A stretch of 64,000 bases of DNA from Candidatus Pelethousia sp. (GTDB lineage: Bacteria; Bacillota; Clostridia; Christensenellales; CAG-138): positions 17,622-81,621 of the forward strand of contig JAYFPE010000005.1 in NCBI GenBank assembly GCA_034928145.1, in the 5' to 3' direction. The position numbers and the translations under genes were made by a program. The notes under the pieces are model-generated. The model saw only the letters and a program-made list of their open reading frames with translations, ran no database searches and was not told the DNA's origin. Within the stretch, counting starts at the first letter, position 1, and each line of letters begins with the position of its first letter. Below are positions 18,812-29,341 of this stretch, one piece after another.

Positions 18812-19492
18812 CTATTTTTTAGCCTCGAATTTATAGCCCACGCCCCACACGGTTTTGAGCTGCCAAGCCTCCCGCTCGCCCAGCTTTTCGCGGATGCGCT
18901 TGACGTGCACATCCACCGTGCGGGAATCGCCAAAGAAATCGAAGCCCCATACCTGCTCCAAAAGCTGCTCGCGGGTAAATACCTTGCCCTCGCGCGAAGC
19001 CAGGAAGAACAGCAGCTCAATCTCCTTGGGCGGCATTTCGATCTGCTTGCCATCCATAATCACGGCGTAATTATCGAGGGAAATGGACAGGCCCTCGAAT
19101 TCCACGCTCTTTTCGTTTTCAGGCTGGCTGCTGCGCCGGAGCACCGCCTTAACCCGGGCCAAAAGTTCCTTCGCGTCAAAAGGCTTGACGATATAGTCAT
19201 CCGCGCCAAGATCCAGGCCCTGGATGCGGTCAAGCGTATCCCCCTTGGCGGTGAGCATAATCACGGGCACGTCGCTTTCCGCCCGCATCTTGCCCAATAC
19301 CTCCCAGCCGTCCAGGCCGGGCAGCATCACATCCAGCACCACCAGCGCGGGCTGCACCTTGCGGAAAAGCGGCAGGGCCTCATCCCCCCGCTCACCGCAG
19401 GTCACCTCATAGCCCGCCTTGCGCAGGTACATTTCGATGATGGCCAGGATATTCCGGTCGTCGTCGATAACCAGAATGGAATTCTTCTCCAT
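18812..19492 (-). CDS. OmpR/PhoB-family response regulator
   Basis: REC domain (ILVIDDD...LDVMLPGLDG) plus a winged helix (VWGFDFFGDSRTVDVHVKRIREKL). Confidence 0.93.
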   Translation of the reverse strand: MEKNSILVIDDDRNILAIIEMYLRKAGYEVTCGERGDEALPLFRKVQPALVVLDVMLPGLDGWEVLGKMRAESDVPVIMLTAKGDTLDRIQGLDLGADDYIVKPFDAKELLARVKAVLRRSSQPENEKSVEFEGLSISLDNYAVIMDGKQIEMPPKEIELLFFLASREGKVFTREQLLEQVWGFDFFGDSRTVDVHVKRIREKLGEREAWQLKTVWGVGYKFEAKK

Positions 19493-19504
19493 AGAAATTC
19501 CCCC

Positions 19505-19957
19505 CTATTCTGCTTCTTCTTCGGTCGAAAGGGCGATGCCGTAGCGCTTAAGCAGCGCGGCTGTCACGCCCATCCCCGGCCTATGTCGGCCCGAAAAGCT
19601 GCCGTCGTAGATGGTTCCAGCGCCGCAGGAAGGGCTTCGGGCCTTCAGCACGGCCCCTGTGATCCCGGCCCCCTGGCAAAGGCGCAGAGCTTCCTGCGCG
19701 CCCTTGATGAAGGCCGCCGTTACATCCCGGCCCGCTTGATCGACCACTTTGGCGCGGCCATCGAGCACGTCCTCCCCGTCGCCGCCCTGGATCTCGCAGG
19801 GCAGGCGGGGCGTGGGCAGGCCGCCCAGGCATTCGGGGCAGATGGCGAGCACATCCCCGGCCTTGACCCGCGCGATCACGGCTGCATCCGCTTTGGCTTC
19901 GCCGTTATAGCGGCAACGCTCCCCCATCAGGCAGGCGGACACGGCTAGTTTTGTCAT
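19505..19957 (-). CDS. DUF523 (YbbK-like) family protein
   Basis: SACLMGERCRYNG motif. The start is moved to MTKLAVS at 19957. Confidence 0.7.
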   Translation of the reverse strand: MTKLAVSACLMGERCRYNGEAKADAAVIARVKAGDVLAICPECLGGLPTPRLPCEIQGGDGEDVLDGRAKVVDQAGRDVTAAFIKGAQEALRLCQGAGITGAVLKARSPSCGAGTIYDGSFSGRHRPGMGVTAALLKRYGIALSTEEEAE

Positions 19958-20009
19958 AATGATACCATCCTTCCCCACCGCTTGTATGAACTGGGTGTAA
20001 ATTTCTCCG

Positions 20010-22361
20010 TTATTTTTGGAAACTAACCACGGTCACGCCCGCGTCGCCCTCACCGTAAGCGCCCATGCGAAAGCTCTTGACCCGCTTATCCCGCCGAAGG
20101 AAATCCTGAACGCCGGCCCGCAGCGCGCCCGTGCCCTTTCCATGGATGATGCTGATCTCCGTAAGGCCGCTCAAAATGCAGTTGTCAATATATCGGTCTA
20201 CCGTGAGCAGGGCTTCATCCACCAGCATGCCGCGCACATCCAGCTCCATGCCGGCCTGGCGATCCGCTTCCAGCCGGATCTTGCCCACGCCCTTCTTGGG
20301 CTCCTCATCCTCTAAAAGGCGCAAGTCGCTCAGCTTGGCGCTCAGCTTCATGATGCCCGCCTGCACCTGCACCTCGCCCTTGGCGTCCGCAGGCGCAAGC
20401 ACCGTGGCCTTTTGATCCAGCGAAAGGATGCGCACCGTATCCCCGGGCCGCACGGTCTTGGGAGCCGTACCGTAGGCGGGCTTCTTTTTGGCCAAAGGCT
20501 CGGCCAGCCCACCCTCCTTGGCCCTGAGGGCATCTCGCGAACGCTGGATGACCCGGTCTGCCGCGCGCTGATCCGCGCCCGGAATAGCCCGGATATCCGC
20601 GATCAGCTTTTCCATTTCCGCCCTGGTATCCGCCACCAGCTTGCGGGAATCCTCCTTCGCTTTGGCGCGCAGCTTTTCCCGCTCCGCCTCCATGCGCGCG
20701 CGCTGCTCCTCCACCTGCTCACGGAGCTTGTCCAGCTCCTGCCGGGCCTCTACCGCCAGGCGGCGTTCCTCCTCCGCCCTGCGATGCCGGGCCTCCGCGC
20801 CGGAGATAATATCCTCGAATTTCACATCTTCATTTTTCAGGTAGCCCCGCGCCTTCTCGATCAGGCCCTCGCCCATGCCCAGGCGGCGCGAGATCTCAAA
20901 GGCGTTGGATTTGCCCGGTATGCCGATGAACAGCCGGTAGGTGGGGCAGAGCCTGTCCACATCGAATTCCATAGAGGCGTTCTCCATGCCGGGCCGGGTG
21001 AGGGCAAAGGCCTTGATCTCGCTATAGTGCGTGGTGGCCACAGTGCGGCAGCCCCGGCCGTGCAACTCCTCGAGAATGCTCATGGCGAGCGCCGCGCCCT
21101 CGATGGGGTCGGTACCCGCGCCCAACTCATCCAGCAGCACCAGCGAGCCTGCGCCGGCCCGCTCCAAAATGGCAACGATATTGGTCATGTGGCTGGAGAA
21201 GGTGGAAAGGCTCTGCTCGATGCTTTGCTCGTCGCCGATATCCGCATACACAGCCTCGAACACGGGCAGGCGGCTGCCAACTTGCGCAGGGATAAAAAGG
21301 CCGCTCTGGGCCATCAGCACGAAAAGGCCCACGGTCTTGAGGGTCACCGTTTTGCCGCCCGTGTTGGGGCCGGTGATGATGAGGGTCTGAAAATCCTGCC
21401 CCAGCCAGATATCGATAGGCACCACTTGATCGGCAGGGATTAGAGGATGCCGGCCCCGTATGATGCGGGTATAGCCGCTTTCATCAAGCTCCGGCCGCGC
21501 GGCCTCCATCTCCCGCGCGAGGCGCGCCTTGGCAAAGGCCAGGTCTACGCTGCCCAGCACGCTAAGGCCCTCGAGCATATCCGCCGCGTAGGGGGCACAA
21601 AGGGCCGTGAGCTCCGCGAGGATGCGCTCAATCTCCTCCTCTTCCTCGCCCAGCAGCTTTTTGTATTCATTGCCCAGCTCCACCACAGCCGTGGGTTCGA
21701 TGAAGAGCGTGGCCCCGCTGCCGGATTGATCGTGGATCAGGCCGGGCACGTTCTGCCTGTATTCCTGCTTCACGGGCAACACAAAACGGCCGTTGCGAAT
21801 GGTTACCAGCGGCTCCTGCAAGTATTTCTGAAATGTGGTGGAGCGGATCATGTTACCCAACCGCTCGCGCACCCGATCGTTCGTGAGCCGCATGCTGCGG
21901 CGGATGCGGGCTAGGGCCGGGGACGCGCCGTCGGATATCTCATCTTCGCCGACGATGCAGCGGCCGATCTCCTCCTCCACGCTGCGGTGGGCGGCCAGCC
22001 ATTCGGAAAGATTCCGCAAACGTGGGCAATCCTCCGCCGCACTGAGCGCCTCCTTGCAAAGGCGGATGGCCCGAAGAACCCGCGCCAGGCCCAAAAGCTC
22101 CGTGGGCGAAAGATAAAGCGCCGCGTGGATGCGTTTGAGGCAGGCGCGCATATCCGGGAAATCCTCCACAGGCGTATGGCCCGTGCGCAAATACAAGCTT
22201 TCCGCCTCAGCCGTGAGGGCCAGGGCGGCGGCAACTTCCTCGCGCGCAAAGGAGGGAGTCAGCGCCTCGGCCAGCTCCCGGCCGGCAAAGCACTGGGCCT
22301 TCTGCGCCAGCTGCGCGCGTATTTTATCGTATTCCAGGGTTTTTAATACTTTATCCAGCAT
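20010..22361 (-). CDS. mutS2: Endonuclease MutS2
   Basis: MutS ATPase core (ITGPNTGGKT, LLDELGAGTDP) and a C-terminal Smr domain (LDVRGM...IIHGKGTGALR). Confidence 0.93.
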   Translation of the reverse strand: MLDKVLKTLEYDKIRAQLAQKAQCFAGRELAEALTPSFAREEVAAALALTAEAESLYLRTGHTPVEDFPDMRACLKRIHAALYLSPTELLGLARVLRAIRLCKEALSAAEDCPRLRNLSEWLAAHRSVEEEIGRCIVGEDEISDGASPALARIRRSMRLTNDRVRERLGNMIRSTTFQKYLQEPLVTIRNGRFVLPVKQEYRQNVPGLIHDQSGSGATLFIEPTAVVELGNEYKKLLGEEEEEIERILAELTALCAPYAADMLEGLSVLGSVDLAFAKARLAREMEAARPELDESGYTRIIRGRHPLIPADQVVPIDIWLGQDFQTLIITGPNTGGKTVTLKTVGLFVLMAQSGLFIPAQVGSRLPVFEAVYADIGDEQSIEQSLSTFSSHMTNIVAILERAGAGSLVLLDELGAGTDPIEGAALAMSILEELHGRGCRTVATTHYSEIKAFALTRPGMENASMEFDVDRLCPTYRLFIGIPGKSNAFEISRRLGMGEGLIEKARGYLKNEDVKFEDIISGAEARHRRAEEERRLAVEARQELDKLREQVEEQRARMEAEREKLRAKAKEDSRKLVADTRAEMEKLIADIRAIPGADQRAADRVIQRSRDALRAKEGGLAEPLAKKKPAYGTAPKTVRPGDTVRILSLDQKATVLAPADAKGEVQVQAGIMKLSAKLSDLRLLEDEEPKKGVGKIRLEADRQAGMELDVRGMLVDEALLTVDRYIDNCILSGLTEISIIHGKGTGALRAGVQDFLRRDKRVKSFRMGAYGEGDAGVTVVSFQK

Positions 22362-22383
22362 GGTCGTATCCTTGCTTTTGCTT

Positions 22384-24471
22384 TTATTCCACGGCCCGGC
22401 TCCAATGGCCGCGGGTGGCGTTTACGGGCGGCTCCACAGCCTCGCCCGTGAGGGCCGCTTTGGCCCGCGCGACCAGGCGAGATACTTCGCCGGGCGCTTC
22501 CTCATAAAAGGCCAGCTGCACAAGGCCGGGCCGCGGCAGTTGCGCGAGGTAATCCGTTATATCCGTAGGCAGGCAGTTCAGCAGGCGCACCAAGCAGCCG
22601 TCCGCCCCTTTCATAGGCGAAAGGGGGAAGCGCCGCCCGGCCTCATCTTCAAGATAATCGCCCGCGCCCAAGCAGCCGCCGCAGCCCCCCGCCTCCTTGC
22701 GTGGGCAATGGAAAAGCTGCATCAGCTGCGCCCTGCCATAGGCCGAAATTCCGGCGGCGCAATCTACTGCCAGTATATCACGCATTTGCGCCTTTGTCAG
22801 TTCCACAGATAGCACCACCTTTGCGAATCCCATCGATTTTAGGCTGCGCACGCTTTCGGCGTTGAAGGCGTTGAGTTGGGTGCCCGCGACGCGCAGGCCA
22901 AGGCCCTCGGTCATCAGCACTTGGCCGATATTCACCGCCACGGCTCCATCGACAAGGCCGCTATGCAGCAAGCCCTCCAGGCGCGCCGTTTCCTTGCCCT
23001 GCGGGGCTGCGGCAGGCAGCGCAAGGAGCAGCCGGGAAGGCCCTCGCAGGTTTTGCAGGGCAGTTAGCGCGGCTTCCGCCTCCAAAGAGGCTTCCAGCGC
23101 CACCATATCCGCCCCGGCCGACGCGGCGGCACGGGCCTGGGCCTCATTGCGCACCAAGGCCAGGATTTGCGCAGGCTCGTTTCGCGGCGTGGGCGCAGGC
23201 TCCCCGGCGGGCCGAATATCCGGCGCGACACGCCGCAGGCGCAGGGTTTTGAGCAAAGCCTCGCAGGCCCGGCGGCGCAGCTCGTTGAGGCTGCGCACGG
23301 CCAGGTAGGCATCCTCATCGATCTCCCCCGTGCAGGAAGCGGCGGTGAAGGGCGTATCCCCGAGCTTTCTTAGCTGCTCCAAATAACGCGCCGCGCTCCG
23401 GGGCTTCTCCGCCCGTTCGGGCACAGGGCCTTCCACGGAGGCGGATGCGCGGCCCACCGCCGTAACTTCCAACCGGGCGGGGTCGCCCAACCGCAAGGTC
23501 AGGTGCAACGAGATGGGCTGGCGGCGGTTCTCGCCGGCATAGCTTTGGGCCAGCTCCCGCAAAAGGGAGGATGCTGGGGCCGCTTCGGCCACGCAGCCCG
23601 TAATGGCGTGGTCGCCATAGAAATAGCCCGTTTTGCCCCCGCCCCGGTCGAACAGGGCCAGCAGGCGTTGCTTATGCGCGGCTAGTTCCTTTGCGTTTGC
23701 GCCATCCAGAGCGGCGCGATAGGCGGCGGTGACGGCGGCCACGTATTCCGGCCGCTTCATGCGGCCTTCCAGCTTTAGCCAGGAGACGCCGGCGGATGCG
23801 AGATCATCCAAATGCTCCAGCATGCAAAGGTCGGAAAGGCTTAGGACATAATCATCGGGGCCGGGCTTGCCGCTTAGGCCCATGCGCTTGCGGCAGGGCT
23901 GGGCGCAGGTGCCCCGGTTGCCGCTCCGCTCTCCGGCCATGGAGGAAAGGAGGCAGGCCCCGGAAAAGCTCATGCACAGCGCGCCGTGGGCAAAGGCTTC
24001 GAGGGGGATATCCACGGCCGCATGGATGGCGCGGATGCCTTCAAGGCTCACCTCGCGGGCCAACACGGCGCATTTGAGGCCCATCTCCCGCGTCAGCCTG
24101 GCCCCCGGGATATCGCATACGCCCAGCTGGGTGCTGGCATGGAGGTTGAAATCCGGCAATTCCCGCTGCAAAAGGCGGATCAGGCCCAAGTCCTGCACGA
24201 TCAGCGCATCTGCCCCCGCTTCATAAAGGAAGCGGGCGTAGGCCAAAGCCGCGGGCAGCTCCCGGTCTGTGAGCAGGGTGTTCATGGTGATAAAAGAACG
24301 CGCGCCATAGAGGCGGCAGGCGTCCAAAGCCTCCATCATGGCGTCTTCATCAAAATTGGCCGCGCCCCGGCGGGCATTGAAGGCGGCCCCGCCGAAATAG
24401 ACCCCATCCGCCCCGTTTTGCAGGGCTGCGCGTAGGCTCTCGGGGCTGCCCGCGGGCGATAAAAGCAACAT
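22384..24471 (-). CDS. Peptidase U32 family protein (long form)
   Basis: N-terminal LLSPAGSPESLRAALQNGADGVYFGG and the U32 Cys-rich signature (GNRGTCAQPCR). Confidence 0.85.
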   Translation of the reverse strand: MLLLSPAGSPESLRAALQNGADGVYFGGAAFNARRGAANFDEDAMMEALDACRLYGARSFITMNTLLTDRELPAALAYARFLYEAGADALIVQDLGLIRLLQRELPDFNLHASTQLGVCDIPGARLTREMGLKCAVLAREVSLEGIRAIHAAVDIPLEAFAHGALCMSFSGACLLSSMAGERSGNRGTCAQPCRKRMGLSGKPGPDDYVLSLSDLCMLEHLDDLASAGVSWLKLEGRMKRPEYVAAVTAAYRAALDGANAKELAAHKQRLLALFDRGGGKTGYFYGDHAITGCVAEAAPASSLLRELAQSYAGENRRQPISLHLTLRLGDPARLEVTAVGRASASVEGPVPERAEKPRSAARYLEQLRKLGDTPFTAASCTGEIDEDAYLAVRSLNELRRRACEALLKTLRLRRVAPDIRPAGEPAPTPRNEPAQILALVRNEAQARAAASAGADMVALEASLEAEAALTALQNLRGPSRLLLALPAAAPQGKETARLEGLLHSGLVDGAVAVNIGQVLMTEGLGLRVAGTQLNAFNAESVRSLKSMGFAKVVLSVELTKAQMRDILAVDCAAGISAYGRAQLMQLFHCPRKEAGGCGGCLGAGDYLEDEAGRRFPLSPMKGADGCLVRLLNCLPTDITDYLAQLPRPGLVQLAFYEEAPGEVSRLVARAKAALTGEAVEPPVNATRGHWSRAVE

Positions 24472-24546
24472 AACTCTTTTCTCCTCCGTTTCGGGACAAA
24501 AACGCGGCCGGGAAGCATCCCGGGCCGCACAGCATCCGCCATCAGC

Positions 24547-24861
24547 TCATTTGGTAGGCAGCGCTTTCCCGCTCTCGAAGGGGCGCTTGACGGGCGCGCT
24601 CTGGCGGGGCATCTCCCGAAGCTCGGAAATGCGGGAATCCAGCGCGTCGTAATCCTCCCGTAGCTTATGCAGCTCGTCGGATAGATTCAGCGCCGCCAGG
24701 AGGACGCAATTGCCCGAACTCAGGTTGGGATAGGCCCGCTGCACCTCTTCGATCTTTTCGTTGACATACTTGGCGATCTTGCGGACGTATACCTCGCTCT
24801 CCTCAGCAGCCAAACGGAAATCCTGCCCGCCGATCTGTACGGTGACGTGCGTTTTATCCAT
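24547..24861 (-). CDS. zapA: Cell division protein ZapA
   Basis: VTVQIGGQDFRL...ALNLSDEL pattern in a small coiled-coil protein. The start is moved to MDKTHV. Confidence 0.8.
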   Translation of the reverse strand: MDKTHVTVQIGGQDFRLAAEESEVYVRKIAKYVNEKIEEVQRAYPNLSSGNCVLLAALNLSDELHKLREDYDALDSRISELREMPRQSAPVKRPFESGKALPTK

Positions 24862-24967
24862 AGTATTTTCTTCCCCCAAGCCATCCTACACAAAATATAT
24901 GGTATATGTATTTTCCTTATTATACAATAACTGGTGGATACTTGCAAGTATCGACATATAATTTGCT

Positions 24968-25624
24968 TTATTTATCGCGCCTTGCCGCCGAGGCGCAGAG
25001 CAAAGATCCCGCCGCCTCATTTGGGGTGACATAGCAGGCGAAAGCAATGTCCCCCGCCTTCTCTTCCCGGGAGGCGCCCGTTTGGGCCGTTTCCTCGAGC
25101 AGGGCGCAAAAGCGGGCAATATCGGCGGCCGTGCAGGAGCCTGTGGGGTCTAATGCGGCGCAAAGGCCGGGCAAGGCTTCCTGCCGCCAAGCCTGGCCGG
25201 CGGCGTAAGCTTCCAGCCGCGCCTGGTAAACATCCGCTTCGATGGGCGTGGCGTTCTTAGGCAAAGTTTCCGGGGCCGGTTCATCGGGCAGGCGCAATAG
25301 GAAAGCGGAGACCCCGCCTTCCCTAAAGGAAAGCGTCAGATAGGCATCCGCCATATCCTCGCGTGCAAGCTTGTATTCCGCAGAGCCCGGCAGCCTGCCC
25401 TCCTGCGGCTCCGGCTGAGCCGAGAGACCGAAAGCGATGGCGTTTTCCACAAAAGCATCCTCGGAGGGGTAGCTGTAATAAAGGGGCGTGGGCGTAGGTT
25501 CGGCCTGTGCCTCTGCCGGGACCGCGCGCAGGGATTGCGCCAGATACAGGCCCACGCAGCAGGCGATCATCGCCCCGGTAAAGAGCAGGTAACCCCGGCC
25601 CTGGTCGCGCTTCGCCTTTGCCAT
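24968..25624 (-). CDS. Hypothetical N-terminally anchored protein
   Basis: One TM helix after a basic N-terminus. The codon-position G+C pattern is consistent with coding. No family recognised. Confidence 0.45.
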   Translation of the reverse strand: MAKAKRDQGRGYLLFTGAMIACCVGLYLAQSLRAVPAEAQAEPTPTPLYYSYPSEDAFVENAIAFGLSAQPEPQEGRLPGSAEYKLAREDMADAYLTLSFREGGVSAFLLRLPDEPAPETLPKNATPIEADVYQARLEAYAAGQAWRQEALPGLCAALDPTGSCTAADIARFCALLEETAQTGASREEKAGDIAFACYVTPNEAAGSLLCASAARRDK

Positions 25625-25627
25625 GGC

Positions 25628-26617
25628 TCATTCCCCCCAGATCTTTTGCAGAAAAACCTCGATATCCTCGCCCCCCGGCCTGCCCGCCTTTTGCAGGGCC
25701 GCGCGGAAATACGCCGGCACCGGGGCCGCGAAAGCCATATCCTGCCCCGTGCGCGGGTGGCGGAGAACCAGCCGGGAAGCATGCAAGGCCTGGCCTTCGA
25801 GGCCCAGCTTGGGCTTCGAAGGGCCGTATACCGCATCCCCGGCCACCGGGTGGCCCAGGCTCGCCATGTGCACCCGAATCTGGTGGGTGCGGCCCGTCTC
25901 CAGCCTGGCTTCGATTAACGTGAACTTCCCATAGCGCTCCAGCACCCGCCAATGGGTTCGGGCGCTGCGGCCTTCCCCATCAATGGCCATGCGCTTGCGG
26001 TCGGTGCGGCTGCGGGCGATGGCCGCGTCCACCGTGCCCGCATCCTCGCGGAAATTGCCCTCCACGATGGCGATATACGTGCGCCGGACCGCATGGGCCT
26101 TGAGCTGCTCCGAAAGGGAATTGTGCGCCAGGTCGTTTTTGGCCACCACGAGCAGGCCGCTGGTCAGCTTATCGATGCGGTGCACGATGCCGGGCCGGGC
26201 CGCCCCGCCGATGCCGGAAAGCCCCTCCAAATGGAAGAGCAGGGCGTTGACCAGCGTGCCATCCGGATTGCCGGCCGCCGGATGCACCACCATGCCCTGG
26301 GGCTTATCGATCACGGCGATATCCGCATCCTCATACACGATCGAGAGGGGGATATCCTGGGGTTTGGCCTCCAATTCGCGCACTTCCGGCGGCAGGAAGG
26401 AAACGAGGTCGCCCGCACGCAGCTTATCGCCGGCTTTGGCGGCCTGCCCGTTGATGGCGGCACGGCCGGCGGCAATGGCCCGCTGCGCCTGTGAGCGGGT
26501 AAGACCAAAAACGCGGGCGCAGAATACATCCACCCGTTCCCCGGCGCTATCCGCCCGGGCTTCCAGCGCCGCTTCGGGGTATTCATATTCGCCTTCGTAT
26601 TCGAAATCGGAAATCAT
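25628..26617 (-). CDS. rluD: RluA-family 23S rRNA pseudouridine synthase (RluD-like)
   Basis: S4 domain followed by the HRIDKLTSGLLVVAK catalytic-Asp motif and GRTHQIRVH. Confidence 0.9.
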   Translation of the reverse strand: MISDFEYEGEYEYPEAALEARADSAGERVDVFCARVFGLTRSQAQRAIAAGRAAINGQAAKAGDKLRAGDLVSFLPPEVRELEAKPQDIPLSIVYEDADIAVIDKPQGMVVHPAAGNPDGTLVNALLFHLEGLSGIGGAARPGIVHRIDKLTSGLLVVAKNDLAHNSLSEQLKAHAVRRTYIAIVEGNFREDAGTVDAAIARSRTDRKRMAIDGEGRSARTHWRVLERYGKFTLIEARLETGRTHQIRVHMASLGHPVAGDAVYGPSKPKLGLEGQALHASRLVLRHPRTGQDMAFAAPVPAYFRAALQKAGRPGGEDIEVFLQKIWGE

Positions 26618-27141
26618 TCCACAGGCCCGGCCCCGCTCTCCTTAGGGGACGCGTTCTCACCCTTGGGCGGGTCCGCCATATACCGTTTGCCCTTGAGGAA
26701 CAGCAGATCCATGAAAAGCAGCACGCAGCCCACGCTCACGGCGCTGTCGGCCACATTGAAAATGGCGAAGTTTATAATCACGGCGGAAAACATATCCCGC
26801 ACATAGCCCAGGAGCAGGCGGTCGATAAAATTGCCCAGCGCACCCCCCAGAATGAGGGCCAGCGTCACCCGCATCAGAAGGTGCATTTTGCCCCGCTCCT
26901 TATGGAGAAACCAGATCATGATCCCGCAGGCGATCACGGTGGTGATGATAAAGAACCAGCGGGCGTTTTGCAGCATGCCAAAGGCAGCGCCGCGGTTTTC
27001 CGTATACGTGAGGTGGAAAACCCCGGGCCAGAGGGCATACGTATTGGCGGGCAGGGTGGTGAGCAGGTTCGCGGCCAGCAGCTTGGTGACCTGATCCAGC
27101 GCCACCACGGCCGCGGCGATGATGATAACGAGCATGTACAT
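26614..27141 (-). CDS. lspA: Lipoprotein signal peptidase II
   Basis: NRGAAFG and FNVADS motifs, four TM segments, and a 4-nt overlap with rluD. Confidence 0.9.
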   Translation of the reverse strand: MYMLVIIIAAAVVALDQVTKLLAANLLTTLPANTYALWPGVFHLTYTENRGAAFGMLQNARWFFIITTVIACGIMIWFLHKERGKMHLLMRVTLALILGGALGNFIDRLLLGYVRDMFSAVIINFAIFNVADSAVSVGCVLLFMDLLFLKGKRYMADPPKGENASPKESGAGPVE

Positions 27142-27189
27142 TCTCCTACTAATCTTTCCGTTCCAGTATAGCCAAAGGTTGCCTTGCGG

Positions 27190-28815
27190 TCAATCCTGGC
27201 GCTGGTTGATATACCATTTATCCGCCGAATACATGATATCCGGCTCGCGCGCCTCGCTCACGCCCTTGATCTCCGCCGAATAGACAATGCTGTTGAGGCG
27301 GAAGTAAAGCACGATGAAGGGCAGCTCTTCGGCGAATTTCACCTGAAATGCCGCGGCCGCCTCGCGGTAGGCGGTTTCATCCTTAGCCGCGAGGATATCC
27401 TTGGCCATGGCCGTAAGCGCCGGCACGGAATAGTTTCCGTAGTGGGCCGTGCCCGCCGGATCCATCACCGCTGTGAGGTCGCCATCGCGGCCAAGATTGA
27501 CGCCGATGAGGCAAAGGTCGTATGACCCGGCGCTAAGCTTTTGCATATATTCGCTATCGCTCTGCCCTAAGGCATGGGGTGCCGTGGTAAGCTCCACCTC
27601 CATGCCCAGCTCCATCAGCTGCGAGGCGATGAGGTTGGCAGCCTCCTTGCGGGTGGTCTCTATGGATTCATTCACCAACAGGCGTACGCTAAAGCCCTGG
27701 CCGTTGCGCATGAGCAGGCCGCTCTCTACATCCTGCTCCCAGCCCGCCTCAGCCAAAAGCTCGCGGGCCTTCGCGAGGTTATAGTCGTATACCTTGCTTC
27801 GGCTTTCGTAGATCCAGCTATCCGGCGCGACCGGCACATCGCAGGGCTGTGCGCGGTTCATGTAAATATTGGCGATGATCTTGCCGCGATCCAGTGCATA
27901 GGAAAGGGCCTTGCGCACATTGGCGTCCCGAAGGGGCGCGTTGTTGCTGTTAATCAGCAGCAGCTCCGCCGTTTGGGTCATCACATCGAGCACGGTGGTG
28001 GATTCGCTGCGGTAGCGGCCCACGCCCGTATTGGAGCTGGGCACCATATCCAGCTGACCGGCCTGGTAGGAGGCCAGGGCCGTTTCGTTGCTGTCGCGCT
28101 CTACAAAGACGATGGCGTCGAGATAGGGCCGCTGTTTCCACCAATTCCCGTTGGCAATCAGGCGCGCCTCTTGCCCAGTCCAGCTTTCCAGCAGGAAGGG
28201 GCCCGTGCCCACGGGCTGGGCGGCGGCCTGGCCTCCCTGCATCACGGGGAAGGTGAGGGCATAGAGCGAGGCATAGCCGGCCTGGGCCATAGTCACCTCC
28301 AGCGTGCGGTCATCCACCGCCCGCATGGATTCGATCTTGTTCGCCTGGTAGGCATAATAGGAATCCGCTCCCAACTCCTTCAAGCGCGTGAAGGTAGCCG
28401 TTACGTCATAGGCTGTGAAATCGGCGCCGCTATGCCACTTGACGCCGCTGCGCAGGGTAAAGGTCCATACCTTGGCGGCTTCGTCGCTAGTCCAGCTTTC
28501 CGCCAGCTCCGCCGTGAGCTTGCCCGTGGTGCTGATGCTGATGAGGCCCTCGTAGATCAGCGAAAAGAGCGAGAGCATCTCCTCGGTATTCACGCGCAGG
28601 GGGTCGGTGATATCGGCGTTGATGGGCATGGGCAGCCGTATTTCGCCCCCTGTGAGGGGCGCGGGGTCGGGCGAAGGGGTGGTGAGCAGGGCCGCTTCCT
28701 CCTTCTCCACCGTTTGTGCCGAGCAGGCGCAAAGCAGGCAGAGAAGCAGCGCCAGAAAGGACGCGGCGGCTCGCCTAACCAAGCTCGTCCGGGTATAGCT
28801 TTTTGTATTTTTCAT
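27190..28815 (-). CDS. ABC transporter substrate-binding lipoprotein, peptide/nickel family 5
   Basis: Lipobox LLCACS and family-5 architecture over about 540 aa. The start is moved to MKNTKSY at 28815. Confidence 0.85.
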   Translation of the reverse strand: MKNTKSYTRTSLVRRAAASFLALLLCLLCACSAQTVEKEEAALLTTPSPDPAPLTGGEIRLPMPINADITDPLRVNTEEMLSLFSLIYEGLISISTTGKLTAELAESWTSDEAAKVWTFTLRSGVKWHSGADFTAYDVTATFTRLKELGADSYYAYQANKIESMRAVDDRTLEVTMAQAGYASLYALTFPVMQGGQAAAQPVGTGPFLLESWTGQEARLIANGNWWKQRPYLDAIVFVERDSNETALASYQAGQLDMVPSSNTGVGRYRSESTTVLDVMTQTAELLLINSNNAPLRDANVRKALSYALDRGKIIANIYMNRAQPCDVPVAPDSWIYESRSKVYDYNLAKARELLAEAGWEQDVESGLLMRNGQGFSVRLLVNESIETTRKEAANLIASQLMELGMEVELTTAPHALGQSDSEYMQKLSAGSYDLCLIGVNLGRDGDLTAVMDPAGTAHYGNYSVPALTAMAKDILAAKDETAYREAAAAFQVKFAEELPFIVLYFRLNSIVYSAEIKGVSEAREPDIMYSADKWYINQRQD

Positions 28816-29341
28816 AGGCTTGTTCCACTCTTTCCACATAGCTGTCGGTCTCCGCGAAGGGAATCTCCGTCAGCAGGCCATCCTGGCTGTAGGTTTCGTC
28901 CTCCAGCCACTTTTGAAGGTTGCCGGGTCCGGCGTTATAGGCGGCCAGTGCGTGGCTGCGCACGCCGCCAAACCGATCCAGCAGGTAGCGCAGGTACCAG
29001 CAGCCAAGGCGGATATTCAGGGCCGGATCCGTGAGCATGGGCTCCGTAAAATCAGCGAGGCTCAGCTTGGCGGCGATCCAGCCGCCCGTATCCGGCATGA
29101 TCTGCATCAATCCCACCGCGCCTTTGGCGGAAACCACCGCAGGCCGGTTGCCGCTTTCGCAATGGATGACCGCCGCCACCAAATAGGGATCGAGACTGAA
29201 CTCCGCGCTCGAAGCCATGATCTCGCCTGGGTAATCCAGGCGGTATTTTCGTTTTTCCATATATTCGTTGAGCCAGAAGGCGCACAACACCAGGGCCAGC
29301 AAGATTACGGCCACCAAAAGCGCCTTAGCGAGCTTATTCAT
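28775..29341 (-). CDS. Lytic transglycosylase (SLT domain) protein
   Basis: ESGNRPAVVSAKGAVGLMQIMP and AYNAGPGN motifs after an N-terminal anchor. Confidence 0.8.
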   Translation of the reverse strand: MNKLAKALLVAVILLALVLCAFWLNEYMEKRKYRLDYPGEIMASSAEFSLDPYLVAAVIHCESGNRPAVVSAKGAVGLMQIMPDTGGWIAAKLSLADFTEPMLTDPALNIRLGCWYLRYLLDRFGGVRSHALAAYNAGPGNLQKWLEDETYSQDGLLTEIPFAETDSYVERVEQAYEKYKKLYPDELG